A DNA stretch of 64,000 bases from Thermoplasmata archaeon. GTDB taxonomy: Archaea; Thermoplasmatota; Thermoplasmata; GCA-020350865. Made by a program: the position numbers and the translations under genes. The notes under the pieces were generated by a model. The model was not told where the DNA came from. It saw nothing but the letters and a program-made list of their open reading frames with translations, and did no database searches. The stretch spans positions 2,712,750 to 2,776,749 of the forward strand of contig CP070751.1 in NCBI GenBank assembly GCA_020348445.1, read 5' to 3'. Positions 34,584 through 44,778 of the stretch are shown piece after piece; positions within the stretch are counted from its first letter, which is position 1; each line of letters starts with the position of its first letter.

Positions 34584-36893
34584 TTATGTTATATCAATAG
34601 AATCAGAACCTTGACCCACTCCCAACCTGATATTATCATCATCTCTCACAACCAAAATCACTGTCCCAGGCCCTTCATATGTCAATGCAGTCGTGTCTAT
34701 GATGTCCATGGGACTTACTTTTGGTGAGGGATAGGGATCAGTATTTGGAGGATTGTTCAGGTATAAAACAGTCACGGTCTGAGTGCCATAGGAGTAAGTC
34801 AGAGTTAAATCATCACTTCCAGGTTCTGTGATATGAGAGGTAACCTCAAATGTGCATCCGATAAAATGGCTATTTAAATCCACCTCCCAGGGTTCTATGT
34901 GATTCCAGTGGTCGCTGTTTTTCTTCTTTGACTGCTGGACATTGAAGGTGTGGTGGATCTTTTTTATACTCCCGTTCTGGGATTTTAAATATATCCAGAC
35001 CGGATTACCCCCTACATTTGGCGGGTCTTCGGGTATGTAGGTAACTGTTGCGGAATATGATTTTGAAAAGTTGATGCGGACTGGAATCCAGGCCATCTGC
35101 TCGTCTGGTGAGCCTGGCAAGCGCTCAATAGAGACGTAGCCTTGGCTATTACCTTCTTCATAGAGTGTCATACTCACATTGTTGTACTTTCTACCTGCGA
35201 CTCTTAATCCTATTTCTAAATTCATGACCGCTGATTCGATGGTTGCTGTTGGGTTTACATTTACTACAGTGATGTTGCAGGTATCCATGGCTGTTAAATT
35301 ATCGTAATCTGTCACTCTCAAGGTCGCAACAAAAACACCATCATCGCCATAGATGTGGATTGGAGTTGGACCTGTTGCGTCGGGTGGTGCACCTGTTTGC
35401 CACCATAGGCCATCGCTTGAATCGAAGTCCCATTCGTAGGATTCGATTGTGCCATCGGTATCGTAGGAGGATGAGGCGTTTAGTTGGACGGGGGAGACTT
35501 CGATTATGGATTGATCTGGGCCCGCGTTGGCGATGGGTGGTATATTTGTTGATCCGATAGCATAAACATTATAATCGGTGGAACCGAAATAAATAGTTCC
35601 ATCATAATTTATTGCAGGAGAAGAGTGCAATGAAGAACCAGTTGCGAAATTCCATTTCTCGGTACCATTTGGATTGATTGCGTAAAGTATATCATCTTGA
35701 GAACCGATGTAAATAGTACCGTCGGAGCCAATTGTTGGTGATGAAGATATATAGTCATTTGTCTTGAAATCCCATTTCTTGGTACCATTTGGATTAATCG
35801 CATAAAGCTTTCCATCTAAAGAGCCCACATAAATTGTACCATCGTAACCGATTGCGGGTGACGAACGGACTGAGCCATCTGTTACGAAATTCCATTTTTC
35901 GGTCCCATCTGGATAAATTGCGTAAAGTTTATTATCGCGAGAGCCAACATAAATCGTCCCATCAGAGCCTATAGCAGGTGATGAATCTACCCATAATCCA
36001 GTTATAAAACTCCATTTTACAGTGCCATCTGGGTTAAACGCATATAATTTATGATCTTGAGAACCTACATAAATAGTTTTATCGAAATCAATAGCTGGTG
36101 ATGACGATATACGGTAACCAGTAATGAAGTTCCATTTTTCGGTTCCATCTGGATTAATTGCATAGAACTTGTGATCACTTGAACCGACGTAAATTGTACC
36201 ATCAGAGTCAATTGCAGGGGATGAACTTACACCCCAACCAGTAATAAAACGCCATTTCTCTGTGCCGTCTGGGTTTATTGCCCAGAAATAATAGTTATTA
36301 GAGCCCACATAAATTGTACCTTCAGCGCTTATTGCAGGTGAAGAGAGTATAGAACCTCCGGTTGTAAAATTCCATTTTTCGGTTCCATCTGGATTGATTG
36401 CATAAAGCTTTTTATCACCAATAGAACCGATATATATTGTCCCATCTGACCCTATAGCAGGAGATGATTCCACATTACTACCGGTTGTGAAACTCCATTT
36501 CAATTGCCCATTATTTCCACTTGTATCATATGGACTTTGACCTGTATGATTGAGATTCTGACGAAACATTGGCCATGGAGAGTTTGCGAGACCGCCTATT
36601 CCGTTGGAACTTAAACTTGTCTTTCTTTTATTTTGAGATGAGGAGCTTATAAGATCACTACTACCACTACAATTAGAAATAGGATCATTATCCTCCTGAG
36701 AAAACGAGTCTGCAAGATTCTTCGTTTCACTTGAGCTCGGATCTGAGTTACTAATATTTGGAGAAATAGGTTCGCCAAATTCTTCAGTCCCACTTAAAAC
36801 AGAACTCGAATTACTTTCATTTTGAGGGATTATCTCAAAATAATTTGTTATCATTATTGCACAAATAAATATGCTTGCAAACTTGGATTTCAT
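34584..36893 (-). CDS. Secreted 8-bladed PQQ-like (BamB-type) beta-propeller + PKD domain protein
   Basis: Eight 40-aa repeats W.F.TG..V.SSPAIG.DGTIYVGS.D.KLYAINPDGT; PPIANAGPDQ..DTDGTIESYEWDFD PKD. Confidence 0.88.
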   Translation of the reverse strand: MKSKFASIFICAIMITNYFEIIPQNESNSSSVLSGTEEFGEPISPNISNSDPSSSETKNLADSFSQEDNDPISNCSGSSDLISSSSQNKRKTSLSSNGIGGLANSPWPMFRQNLNHTGQSPYDTSGNNGQLKWSFTTGSNVESSPAIGSDGTIYIGSIGDKKLYAINPDGTEKWNFTTGGSILSSPAISAEGTIYVGSNNYYFWAINPDGTEKWRFITGWGVSSSPAIDSDGTIYVGSSDHKFYAINPDGTEKWNFITGYRISSSPAIDFDKTIYVGSQDHKLYAFNPDGTVKWSFITGLWVDSSPAIGSDGTIYVGSRDNKLYAIYPDGTEKWNFVTDGSVRSSPAIGYDGTIYVGSLDGKLYAINPNGTKKWDFKTNDYISSSPTIGSDGTIYIGSQDDILYAINPNGTEKWNFATGSSLHSSPAINYDGTIYFGSTDYNVYAIGSTNIPPIANAGPDQSIIEVSPVQLNASSSYDTDGTIESYEWDFDSSDGLWWQTGAPPDATGPTPIHIYGDDGVFVATLRVTDYDNLTAMDTCNITVVNVNPTATIESAVMNLEIGLRVAGRKYNNVSMTLYEEGNSQGYVSIERLPGSPDEQMAWIPVRINFSKSYSATVTYIPEDPPNVGGNPVWIYLKSQNGSIKKIHHTFNVQQSKKKNSDHWNHIEPWEVDLNSHFIGCTFEVTSHITEPGSDDLTLTYSYGTQTVTVLYLNNPPNTDPYPSPKVSPMDIIDTTALTYEGPGTVILVVRDDDNIRLGVGQGSDSIDIT

Positions 36894-37130
36894 TTCCTAC
36901 TCTCCACTATCGCCAGCTCTATTAGAAACACCCTTCCTGGTGTCTCCCTCCAGGCTTTGATAGTTATAATGGGAGTTTTGTGTATTTATAATTTTACCTA
37001 CTAACAATATTTCGGTGTTCTTCTTAAATAGAAGAAATGTTAAAATTGGATAATGAGACATTCATAAAAGATGTTATCCTAATCGATATCCATGAGTAGA
37101 GAACAACAAAATAAACAGACAAAAAAAAAA

Positions 37131-38771
37131 TCACATCATAGGCGGCATTCCACCCATCCCGCCTCCACCAGGTGGCCCACCTGCAGGCATCTCTGTGTGC
37201 TTTGCTGCAATCACATCATCTATCCTTAAGATCATGGTGGCAACCTCGGTTGCAGACTCAAGAGCCTGGGTTTTTACCCTGAGTGGTTCCAGAACCTTCA
37301 TCTTTGCCATGTCAGTGACCTTTCCTGTGATGACATTTATACCTGAGTTTTTGTTCTTCGATTTTCCACCATGCGCCTTTTTCAGGTCAATTATTGTATC
37401 AATACCATCCAGGCCAGCATTTTCTGCCAGGGCTCTTGGAATGACCTCCATAGCCTCGGCAAAGGCCTCGATTGCTAGCTGCTCCCTACCTCCAACAGTG
37501 GCTGCGAACCGCCTCAGATGAATTGCAAGCTCGATTTCTGTTGCACCTCCACCTGCCACTACCTTTTGATCCTCGATTGTTACTGCCACCACCTTCAGTG
37601 CATCATGCAGGGAGCGCTCCACTTCATCTACTACATGCTCTGTTCCTCCTCTTACAAGGATGGATACTGCCTTTGGATTCTTGCAGCCCGAAACAAAAGT
37701 CATCTCGTCATTTGCCACCTTCTTTTCCTCCACATGTTTTGCTTCTCCCAGTTCCTTTTTAGTGAGTTCGTTTAGGCTGCTTACGATTTTTGCGGAAGTT
37801 GCCTTTGCCAGTTTCTTCATATCTGATTCCTTTACTCTTCTTACCGCGTATATACCCTCCTTTGCCAGGTAATGCTGGGCCAGATCATCTATTCCTTTTT
37901 GACAGAATAAAACATTGGCTTTGGAATCTTTGACTTTCTCAACCATCTCCTTTAACATTCTTTCCTCTTCATCCAGGAATTTCGAAAGTTGTGAGACATC
38001 CTCTATCTTTATCTCTGCAGAAACCTCGGTCTTTTTCACTTCCATTGCCGCATTTAACAGGGCGATTTTAGCATTTTTCACGTGCTGGGGCATCCTCGGA
38101 TGTACCCTCTCCTTATCAACGATTATCCCATTTAACATCATGGTGTCGTGGGCTGAGCCGCCGTATTTCTTTTCCACCTTAATATTATCGATATCTGCTA
38201 TAGATTTACCATCGATCTTCTCCTTTATGGCCATGACTGCCGCAACCGCGATTTGGGAAAGATGCTCGCTTGCACCTATGCTCTTTCCAGTCATGGCTGT
38301 CTTTGCTATGTCACCAAGCAGTTTCTTATCCTCAGGTGATGTTTTTATACTCATTTTTACAAGCACCTTCTTTGCTTCGTCAGCTGCCAGACGATAGCCA
38401 TTGGCAACGATTGTAGCATGAATATTTGACTCAGTGAGCTCCTCAGCTTTCTTTAAAAGCTCACCCGCTATGACAACCGCCGTGGTCGTACCATCACCGC
38501 ATTCATTGTCTTGGGTCTTGGAGACCTCTACCACCATCTTGGCTGCAGGGTGCTCGATATCGATTTCTTTTAAAATGGTTGCACCATCGTTTGTAATCAC
38601 CACATCGCCAAGACTGTCCACAAGCATTTTATCCATGCCCCTTGGTCCCAAGGTGGTTCGAACCGCGTCTGCGATTGCTTTGGCAGCCGCGATGTTGTTG
38701 GACTGAGCTCCTTTTCCTTTATCCCTTTTTGTTCCTTCCTTTAAAATTACAATGGGTGTTCCTGTCATCAT
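37131..38771 (-). CDS. ths: Thermosome subunit (group II chaperonin)
   Basis: [53 protein letters not shown] tail. Confidence 0.97.
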   Translation of the reverse strand: MMTGTPIVILKEGTKRDKGKGAQSNNIAAAKAIADAVRTTLGPRGMDKMLVDSLGDVVITNDGATILKEIDIEHPAAKMVVEVSKTQDNECGDGTTTAVVIAGELLKKAEELTESNIHATIVANGYRLAADEAKKVLVKMSIKTSPEDKKLLGDIAKTAMTGKSIGASEHLSQIAVAAVMAIKEKIDGKSIADIDNIKVEKKYGGSAHDTMMLNGIIVDKERVHPRMPQHVKNAKIALLNAAMEVKKTEVSAEIKIEDVSQLSKFLDEEERMLKEMVEKVKDSKANVLFCQKGIDDLAQHYLAKEGIYAVRRVKESDMKKLAKATSAKIVSSLNELTKKELGEAKHVEEKKVANDEMTFVSGCKNPKAVSILVRGGTEHVVDEVERSLHDALKVVAVTIEDQKVVAGGGATEIELAIHLRRFAATVGGREQLAIEAFAEAMEVIPRALAENAGLDGIDTIIDLKKAHGGKSKNKNSGINVITGKVTDMAKMKVLEPLRVKTQALESATEVATMILRIDDVIAAKHTEMPAGGPPGGGGMGGMPPMM

Positions 38772-39123
38772 AACATTCCCTCCGACTCAAATCATTAACA
38801 TCTTTGAATTTCCGATTCTCTTGGATTTCAAGAGGGTATGATAGTTCTTCTATATATAATTTCCTTGATGGTGGGTGGATGGTTTTTATAAACGGTTTTG
38901 ATTAGTTTTCAGTCGTTGAATTGGTAATTATTTCCGCATTTAGCCCCATAAAATCGACTATTTACCAATAGAAAAATATATGAGGCAATCCAACTATTCT
39001 ATATAAATTAGTTTGTACAGGAAAAGGCTGTAAATAAACGCATAAATAGTGGGCGAAATTTATTGGCATTTTCCATTCGAATGGTGGAAAAACAATGATG
39101 TCGATTCGGGGGAGAAATGGAAA

Positions 39124-42100
39124 ATGAACCAGGGCGGTGAGAGAAAGACTCTTAAAGAGTTCCTAGAGGACCTTCCCAAGGAACCATGCTTTACTCCGCT
39201 TCCTAATCAATATTGTGTTATATGTTCAGTATCCAATAAAGATGTGGCCGAAGCATGCATAAAAAGCGGGAATATCCCTTCGAAACTTAAGGCATTGAAA
39301 AAGGATCAACTCATGGAAATCGCCGAGTGCTTTGGGCAATCCACAGAGGGATCCAAATCAGAATTGATAGAAAGGGTAATAAATGTAATTGAGGGAGCCG
39401 AGGAGGAGGTTGAAGAGGTTGCCCCTTCAGAGGAGGAGGTTGTAGAGTTCGAGGTAATGGAGGAAGGAGAGGAAGAAATCGAAAGGCCCCCTCCAACAAT
39501 GGAGAAAGAGGAAAAAGAAGAAAGGATTGCTGAAAATCCTCTTATGGAGTTTCGGGAAAACCTACCTATTGATCCGTGTTTCACACCCCTTCCAAATCAA
39601 CATTGTACAATATGTTCAATTATGAATAAAGATGTGGCCTCAAGATGTATAAAGGGTGGGCAGATACCTTCTAAACTCGCGGCTATGGAAAAGAACCAGC
39701 TAGTGGATATCGCCTCCTGTCTTGGCTTATCTTGGGAGGGAACAAATGATGATTTGATTCAAAGAATTATCACTGCATCTGAGGAAGGTGAAGTTGAATT
39801 GGAAAAGGTGGCTGAAGAAGAAGTGGAAGAGCAAGTACAAGAGGAGGAGGAAGAAGAGGTTCCAATCGAAGAGGAAGTAATTGAGGAAGAGGTTGTCGAG
39901 CCTGAAGAAGGTGGGGTAGAATTTGAATTGATGGCTGAAGAAGAAGTCGAAGAGCAGGCAGAAGAGGAAGAACCCTCGGAAGAAGAACCTGAAGAAGAGG
40001 TAGTTGAGGAACCAGAAGAGGAGGTTCCAATTGAAGAGGAAGAGGTTGCTGAAGAGGTCGAAGAGGAAGGTCCAACAGAAAAAGAAGAAGAAATTGAGAA
40101 ATCCCCTCTCAGAAAATTTCTTGACGAGCCTCCCAAAGAGCCTTGTTTTTCTCCACTTCCTAACGAATACTGCATCATATGTTCAATATCAAATAAAGAT
40201 GTTGCCTCAACATGCATAAAAGGTGGCCAAATATCATCGAAACTAAAAGCACAAAAAAAGGCTCAACTCATGGAGATTGCAGAATGTCTAAATCAATCTA
40301 CCGAAGGGACGAAGCCTGAATTGATAAAAAGAATCCTTCGTGTGTCTGGGGAAGCTGAAGAGAAGGATGAGTTGGTTGAGCCTGAAGAGGAAGAAATAGA
40401 AATCGAGGAGGAGGCAGAGGAAGGCGAGGAAGAAGTCAAAGCAGGTGAAATAGAAGAAGGAGTAAAAGAATCCCCTCTCAGAGAGTTTTTGAAAAATCTT
40501 CCCAAAGAACCGTGCTTTACTCCACTTCCCAACGATTTTTGCACCATATGTACAATTTCAAATGAAGATGTGGCCTCGGCATGTATAAAGGGGGGAGATG
40601 TGTCCTCGAAGCTCAAGCCCATGAAAAAGGCCAAGCTTATCGAAATCGCAGAGTGCCTCAGCCTCTCAATTAAGGGTACAAAATCAGATTTGTTGAAAAG
40701 GATACTTGCTCAAACGATAGAAGGTGAAGCAGAGGTTCCGGAGGAGGAATCACTTCCCTCTTTGCTTGAAGAGTTCACAGATAGGATGGAAAAGGCAGCC
40801 ATCGGGCCAAAAGAAGAAAAAGAACTGACCCTCAGGGGATTTATACTCGATCTTCCAACACAACCTTGTTTCACACCGCTTCCTGACAGCTATTGTATCT
40901 TATGCTCAAGGCTCAACAAAGAGGTTGCTGATTCATGCATAAAGGGTGGGCAGCCACTGTCGAAGCTCAAGCGTATGAAGAAGATTCATCTCATTGAAAT
41001 CGCGAGTTGCCTGGGCCTTTCCACAGATAGAACGAAGATGGAATTGGTAGAAGACATCTTGGCTGCAACCGAGCAACCCGAATTAGCTATAAGAGAGGTA
41101 AAAAAGGTAGAGGAGAAAAAAAGGATCGAAGCACCACCCGTTCCAGTGGTTGAAAAGGAAGCACCGAAGGTCATGGAAGGTGAACTGGAACTTGAATGTC
41201 CAGATTGTGGAACTTCGGTTGAGATCGATGCATCAGTGTGCCCTTCTTGTGGATTTGATTTTGCACTTGCAGAAAAGGAGGAATTGCCCGAGGAGGGGTA
41301 CGAGTGTCCAGAATGCGGCAGAATTTTTACTGAACCTGTTCCCTCTTGTCCGGATTGTGGGACCGAATTTGAAGGAGTAGAAGCATTTGAAGAGGAAGCA
41401 GAGGAGGAGCTTGAAGAGTACGAGTGCCCTGATTGCGGTTCCTTAGTCACTGTAAAGGATTCAGTGTGTCCGTGGTGCGGTCTGGAATTTGACGTGGAAG
41501 CCCGGGAAGAGGAAGTTATTGAACATGAATTTGAAGAGTTCGAGGAAGTGGGGGAAGAGGAAAGAGGTCTTGAAAGTCGTGTATCTGAGATTGGGGAACC
41601 TGAAAAAGCGGTTTTTACGGCAGGTATTACCAACGGTCTTCGCGAGGGCGAGGGTGGATTGACAAATGGCATTACCAATGGATTGAAGGTGGCCAGGCCG
41701 GGTCTCACAAATGGACTTACCAATGGCTATAGAAAGGGTAAGCCTGGTCTGACCAACGGTTTGACCAATGGCCTAACAAACGGTCTTCGAGCCTTGAAAG
41801 TGGGCATTACAAATGGATTGACCAACGGTAACGGTATTACAAACGGTCTGGGTCCTAAACGCCCTGTTATCAAGGAGAAAAGCAATAAATTGAAACTCAT
41901 TGCTGTACCGATAATACTGATTATGCTGATTTTAACTCCCTATATTATAGTGGACATGGCCGAGCCAGAAGAGCGGATTGAAATCGATGGTAGTTTCGGT
42001 GATTGGAGTGGCGTGGATAAATTCTCAGAGGAAGCCGATGTACCTCCAGAAAACATAAATGTCGATATCACCTCCTTTGGAGTTGACAGCAGGCAGCAGG

Positions 42101-44778
42101 AGCTCTCCTTCTATTTGGAGGTTAAGGGGCAAATGCTTCAAGGTGAGCCTGAAGATATTGGCAGACATATGGATACTGCCTACATTTTCATCGATGTAGA
42201 CCAATCTCAAGAATCAGGCTATCTCATAGATAATATAGGTGCAGATTACATGGTTGAGGTCGCTGGGTGGAGGGGTGAAATTTACTCACAAATTTTAAAT
42301 TCATATACAGAGGAAGTTAATGATTGGAATCTTTGGGAGTTTATTGGCCGGATTTCTGCAGATGCTTCAGACTCAAGACTTGAGGTGCAGGTTGATTACA
42401 GCGAATTGGGCATGAAGAACAATGAAAAGGTTGATGTCCTGTTCTACATGCAGGGATACGATGGATCTGAGGATTTTGCAGATACCGTGATTTCCAATGA
42501 AAAGGGAGTTTTAATTGTTAACCAACAACCATTGGGTGATTCCTTTGTAACAGGTGAGAAACAGGTTATGTTGATGCTTCAGTTGACAGCAAGAAACGAG
42601 GATATTACAGTAACTGGCATTAAGATCTCCAGAAAAGGAGTTGGCTCTGATGCTGATGTGAGTGAGGTAAGGCTCATTAGTGGTTCAACTGACAAAGGTA
42701 CATTGAACAACGGCGTGTGCGAATTCCAAACCGACATAAAACTGTCAAAGGATGTTCATGAAGCCGTGTTCGTTGAGGTTGATATAGCTCCTGCTGCTCT
42801 TGATATGGGAAGCATCGGATTTAAGGTTGATTCACCCCATGATATAACAACCAATAAAGGTACCATAACACTGAAGTCAGTGGAACCGGAATCCTATCAA
42901 TATGATATCAGCTATATCAAATCAATTCCCAAGGAAATAGTGGTTGATGGTGCATTTGCTGATTGGGAGATGATAAACAAGATTAGCGATGATGCAAATG
43001 ATGTGAATAAAGAAAACTTGAATATAAAAGAGTACGGAGTATCAAATTCATCGCAGATGGCCTCATTCTATCTAAAAGTTGATGGAAAAATGTGTTATGG
43101 GGCGGCTGTGCCGTATTGGAATTACGTGGCGGCAGCTATACCGCAAGAGCCTTCAGAGCCCGGGGAACCTGGATCTCCCGGGGAAACTCCAACTCTAAAG
43201 CCAAGAACTGGCGAGGATTTCGTGTATATTTTTATAGACAGCGACAATTTATCCACAACTGGTTACAGAATCGGTGACATGGGTGCAGATCACCTCATCG
43301 AAATCATAGGAAGGTACGGTGATATAACCTCCAGAACGCATCTGAGTTTCTTAGGCCCATCACAACATAATTGGATTTGGTTAAATGAAGGAGATGTCAA
43401 GGCAGAAACAAACAGTGCATGTTTGGAGACTCAAATCTCAGTTAGTGGGTTGAATATAACAGGGAATTTTCAGGTCTACTTTCAAACCACAGATTGGAGC
43501 AAGAGCGTATCTGATTATTCGGATGGCACGGTGTCAAGGGGAACAAGGGGAATCGTCACAATTCAGGAATTTAACGCTGCATCCATTGGAGCAACTGCAA
43601 CTTCGAATCAAAGATCCCTTATCAGAACAATAGGCCAGTCCACCAATTATTTCTTTAGTTTCTATTACAATGAAGATGTTCAGAATATTACGTGGAAATG
43701 GAGTTTGACAGGTGACGACAATCCATGGCCTAATCCCCCGCAATTTGTATTTACAGAGGCTCATCAAAACATGACAAATATATCGGTTTGGTACGATGAT
43801 ACCAATCAGAAGATATATGTTGTTGCTGATAATGATAGTGCTGACTATAATGTCACTGTTCGCAAAGGAACAATTTCTGGAAACACCATCACTTGGGGAT
43901 TTGAAGTCGATGTCAACGTATCAGCCATAGGTGTGGGAAATAAAAATGCCTTCATTTCAAGGGATGCAGATGGGCACCTCTGGGTGATATCAAGCATGAT
44001 GGAAGCAGTTGGGAATTATGGAGTTGTGGCAAATAGATCGGTGAGTCAAGATGATATTACTCAATGGCAGGTCGGTGAACCCTTGACCACATCAGCTGAT
44101 GATGATCCCTCACCAATAGACGTTTATCCCATAATCCTTTCAATAGGAACTTTAGGCGATCCAGACATGTACGCAATTTGGTATGACTCATCAGGTATCA
44201 TTCAAGGAAGACGTTATGATGGATCATCTTGGAGTGGAACTACCGATTATATTGATAATACGGGTACCGATGACGTTGATGGGCAAAAGTGGGGCCCATC
44301 TGCGGTTGTAGATTCTTCAAGTAGGGATGTCCATATTATATATGTGAACGCAACAGGGAATGTAAATTACACAAAATATAATACCGGCGGGACTTATGTT
44401 GAATCCCCAAAGACTCTCCGTTACACAGAAGCTGCTTTTCCCACTATATCATTGGTTGGATCAACTGGACTGAATGTTTATTGGATTAATGAATCAGTGG
44501 GAGGTAACAACCGGATTGAAGGTAACTCTTCAAATGATCTTGGCTCTACTTGGTCCTCAATTGTCGATTTTACCCCTGATACGTTTGCCAAACGATTTCT
44601 AACCTCCGTTTATTATGCACCAAACGAATTTTTTAGTGGATGGCATTGGACACAAAATGTGAGCAATGACAATGACGTTCTTTTTGAGCGTATTCCCGAA
44701 TACCAAGATGTTCTTATCCCGTTATTCGTAACGATTTTAATGGCAGCGGTCTGGCAAAGAAAGAGGAGAAAGTGTTAA
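39124..44778 (+). CDS. Giant membrane protein: 5x Cys5+SAP/HeH-like repeats, Glu-rich linkers, 3 zinc ribbons, TNGL repeats, TM, extracellular region, PEF-CTERM-like tail
   Basis: Uninterrupted ORF (track start 39049; ATG 39124 preferred). TM LIAVPIILIMLILTPYIIV at about 41896-41952; C-terminus IPEY..LIPLFVTILMAAVWQRKRRK. Confidence 0.8.
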   Translation: MNQGGERKTLKEFLEDLPKEPCFTPLPNQYCVICSVSNKDVAEACIKSGNIPSKLKALKKDQLMEIAECFGQSTEGSKSELIERVINVIEGAEEEVEEVAPSEEEVVEFEVMEEGEEEIERPPPTMEKEEKEERIAENPLMEFRENLPIDPCFTPLPNQHCTICSIMNKDVASRCIKGGQIPSKLAAMEKNQLVDIASCLGLSWEGTNDDLIQRIITASEEGEVELEKVAEEEVEEQVQEEEEEEVPIEEEVIEEEVVEPEEGGVEFELMAEEEVEEQAEEEEPSEEEPEEEVVEEPEEEVPIEEEEVAEEVEEEGPTEKEEEIEKSPLRKFLDEPPKEPCFSPLPNEYCIICSISNKDVASTCIKGGQISSKLKAQKKAQLMEIAECLNQSTEGTKPELIKRILRVSGEAEEKDELVEPEEEEIEIEEEAEEGEEEVKAGEIEEGVKESPLREFLKNLPKEPCFTPLPNDFCTICTISNEDVASACIKGGDVSSKLKPMKKAKLIEIAECLSLSIKGTKSDLLKRILAQTIEGEAEVPEEESLPSLLEEFTDRMEKAAIGPKEEKELTLRGFILDLPTQPCFTPLPDSYCILCSRLNKEVADSCIKGGQPLSKLKRMKKIHLIEIASCLGLSTDRTKMELVEDILAATEQPELAIREVKKVEEKKRIEAPPVPVVEKEAPKVMEGELELECPDCGTSVEIDASVCPSCGFDFALAEKEELPEEGYECPECGRIFTEPVPSCPDCGTEFEGVEAFEEEAEEELEEYECPDCGSLVTVKDSVCPWCGLEFDVEAREEEVIEHEFEEFEEVGEEERGLESRVSEIGEPEKAVFTAGITNGLREGEGGLTNGITNGLKVARPGLTNGLTNGYRKGKPGLTNGLTNGLTNGLRALKVGITNGLTNGNGITNGLGPKRPVIKEKSNKLKLIAVPIILIMLILTPYIIVDMAEPEERIEIDGSFGDWSGVDKFSEEADVPPENINVDITSFGVDSRQQELSFYLEVKGQMLQGEPEDIGRHMDTAYIFIDVDQSQESGYLIDNIGADYMVEVAGWRGEIYSQILNSYTEEVNDWNLWEFIGRISADASDSRLEVQVDYSELGMKNNEKVDVLFYMQGYDGSEDFADTVISNEKGVLIVNQQPLGDSFVTGEKQVMLMLQLTARNEDITVTGIKISRKGVGSDADVSEVRLISGSTDKGTLNNGVCEFQTDIKLSKDVHEAVFVEVDIAPAALDMGSIGFKVDSPHDITTNKGTITLKSVEPESYQYDISYIKSIPKEIVVDGAFADWEMINKISDDANDVNKENLNIKEYGVSNSSQMASFYLKVDGKMCYGAAVPYWNYVAAAIPQEPSEPGEPGSPGETPTLKPRTGEDFVYIFIDSDNLSTTGYRIGDMGADHLIEIIGRYGDITSRTHLSFLGPSQHNWIWLNEGDVKAETNSACLETQISVSGLNITGNFQVYFQTTDWSKSVSDYSDGTVSRGTRGIVTIQEFNAASIGATATSNQRSLIRTIGQSTNYFFSFYYNEDVQNITWKWSLTGDDNPWPNPPQFVFTEAHQNMTNISVWYDDTNQKIYVVADNDSADYNVTVRKGTISGNTITWGFEVDVNVSAIGVGNKNAFISRDADGHLWVISSMMEAVGNYGVVANRSVSQDDITQWQVGEPLTTSADDDPSPIDVYPIILSIGTLGDPDMYAIWYDSSGIIQGRRYDGSSWSGTTDYIDNTGTDDVDGQKWGPSAVVDSSSRDVHIIYVNATGNVNYTKYNTGGTYVESPKTLRYTEAAFPTISLVGSTGLNVYWINESVGGNNRIEGNSSNDLGSTWSSIVDFTPDTFAKRFLTSVYYAPNEFFSGWHWTQNVSNDNDVLFERIPEYQDVLIPLFVTILMAAVWQRKRRKC
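39151..41067 (+). repeat. Five about 79-aa intragenic domain repeats (starts 39151, 39541, 40108, 40477, 40831)
   Basis: Consensus L.EF...LP..PCFTPLP..YC.IC...N.DVA..CIKGG...SKLK..KK..L.EIA.CL.LS..GTK..L..RI. Confidence 0.9.

Noticed and set aside
32561-34926. 72-bp repeat pair as a diversity-generating retroelement TR/VR
   Set aside because: The 11 mismatches are not adenine-specific (several C/T changes) and there is no reverse transcriptase in the window.
35560-36530. About 120-bp periodic nucleotide repeats
   Set aside because: Fully explained by the eight PQQ-type propeller blades of the CDS.
39306-41723. Ser-rich antisense ORFs opposite the giant protein (also 62495-62902 and similar)
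   Set aside because: Reverse-complement artefacts of Glu-rich (GAA/GAG) and Gly-Asp repeats.
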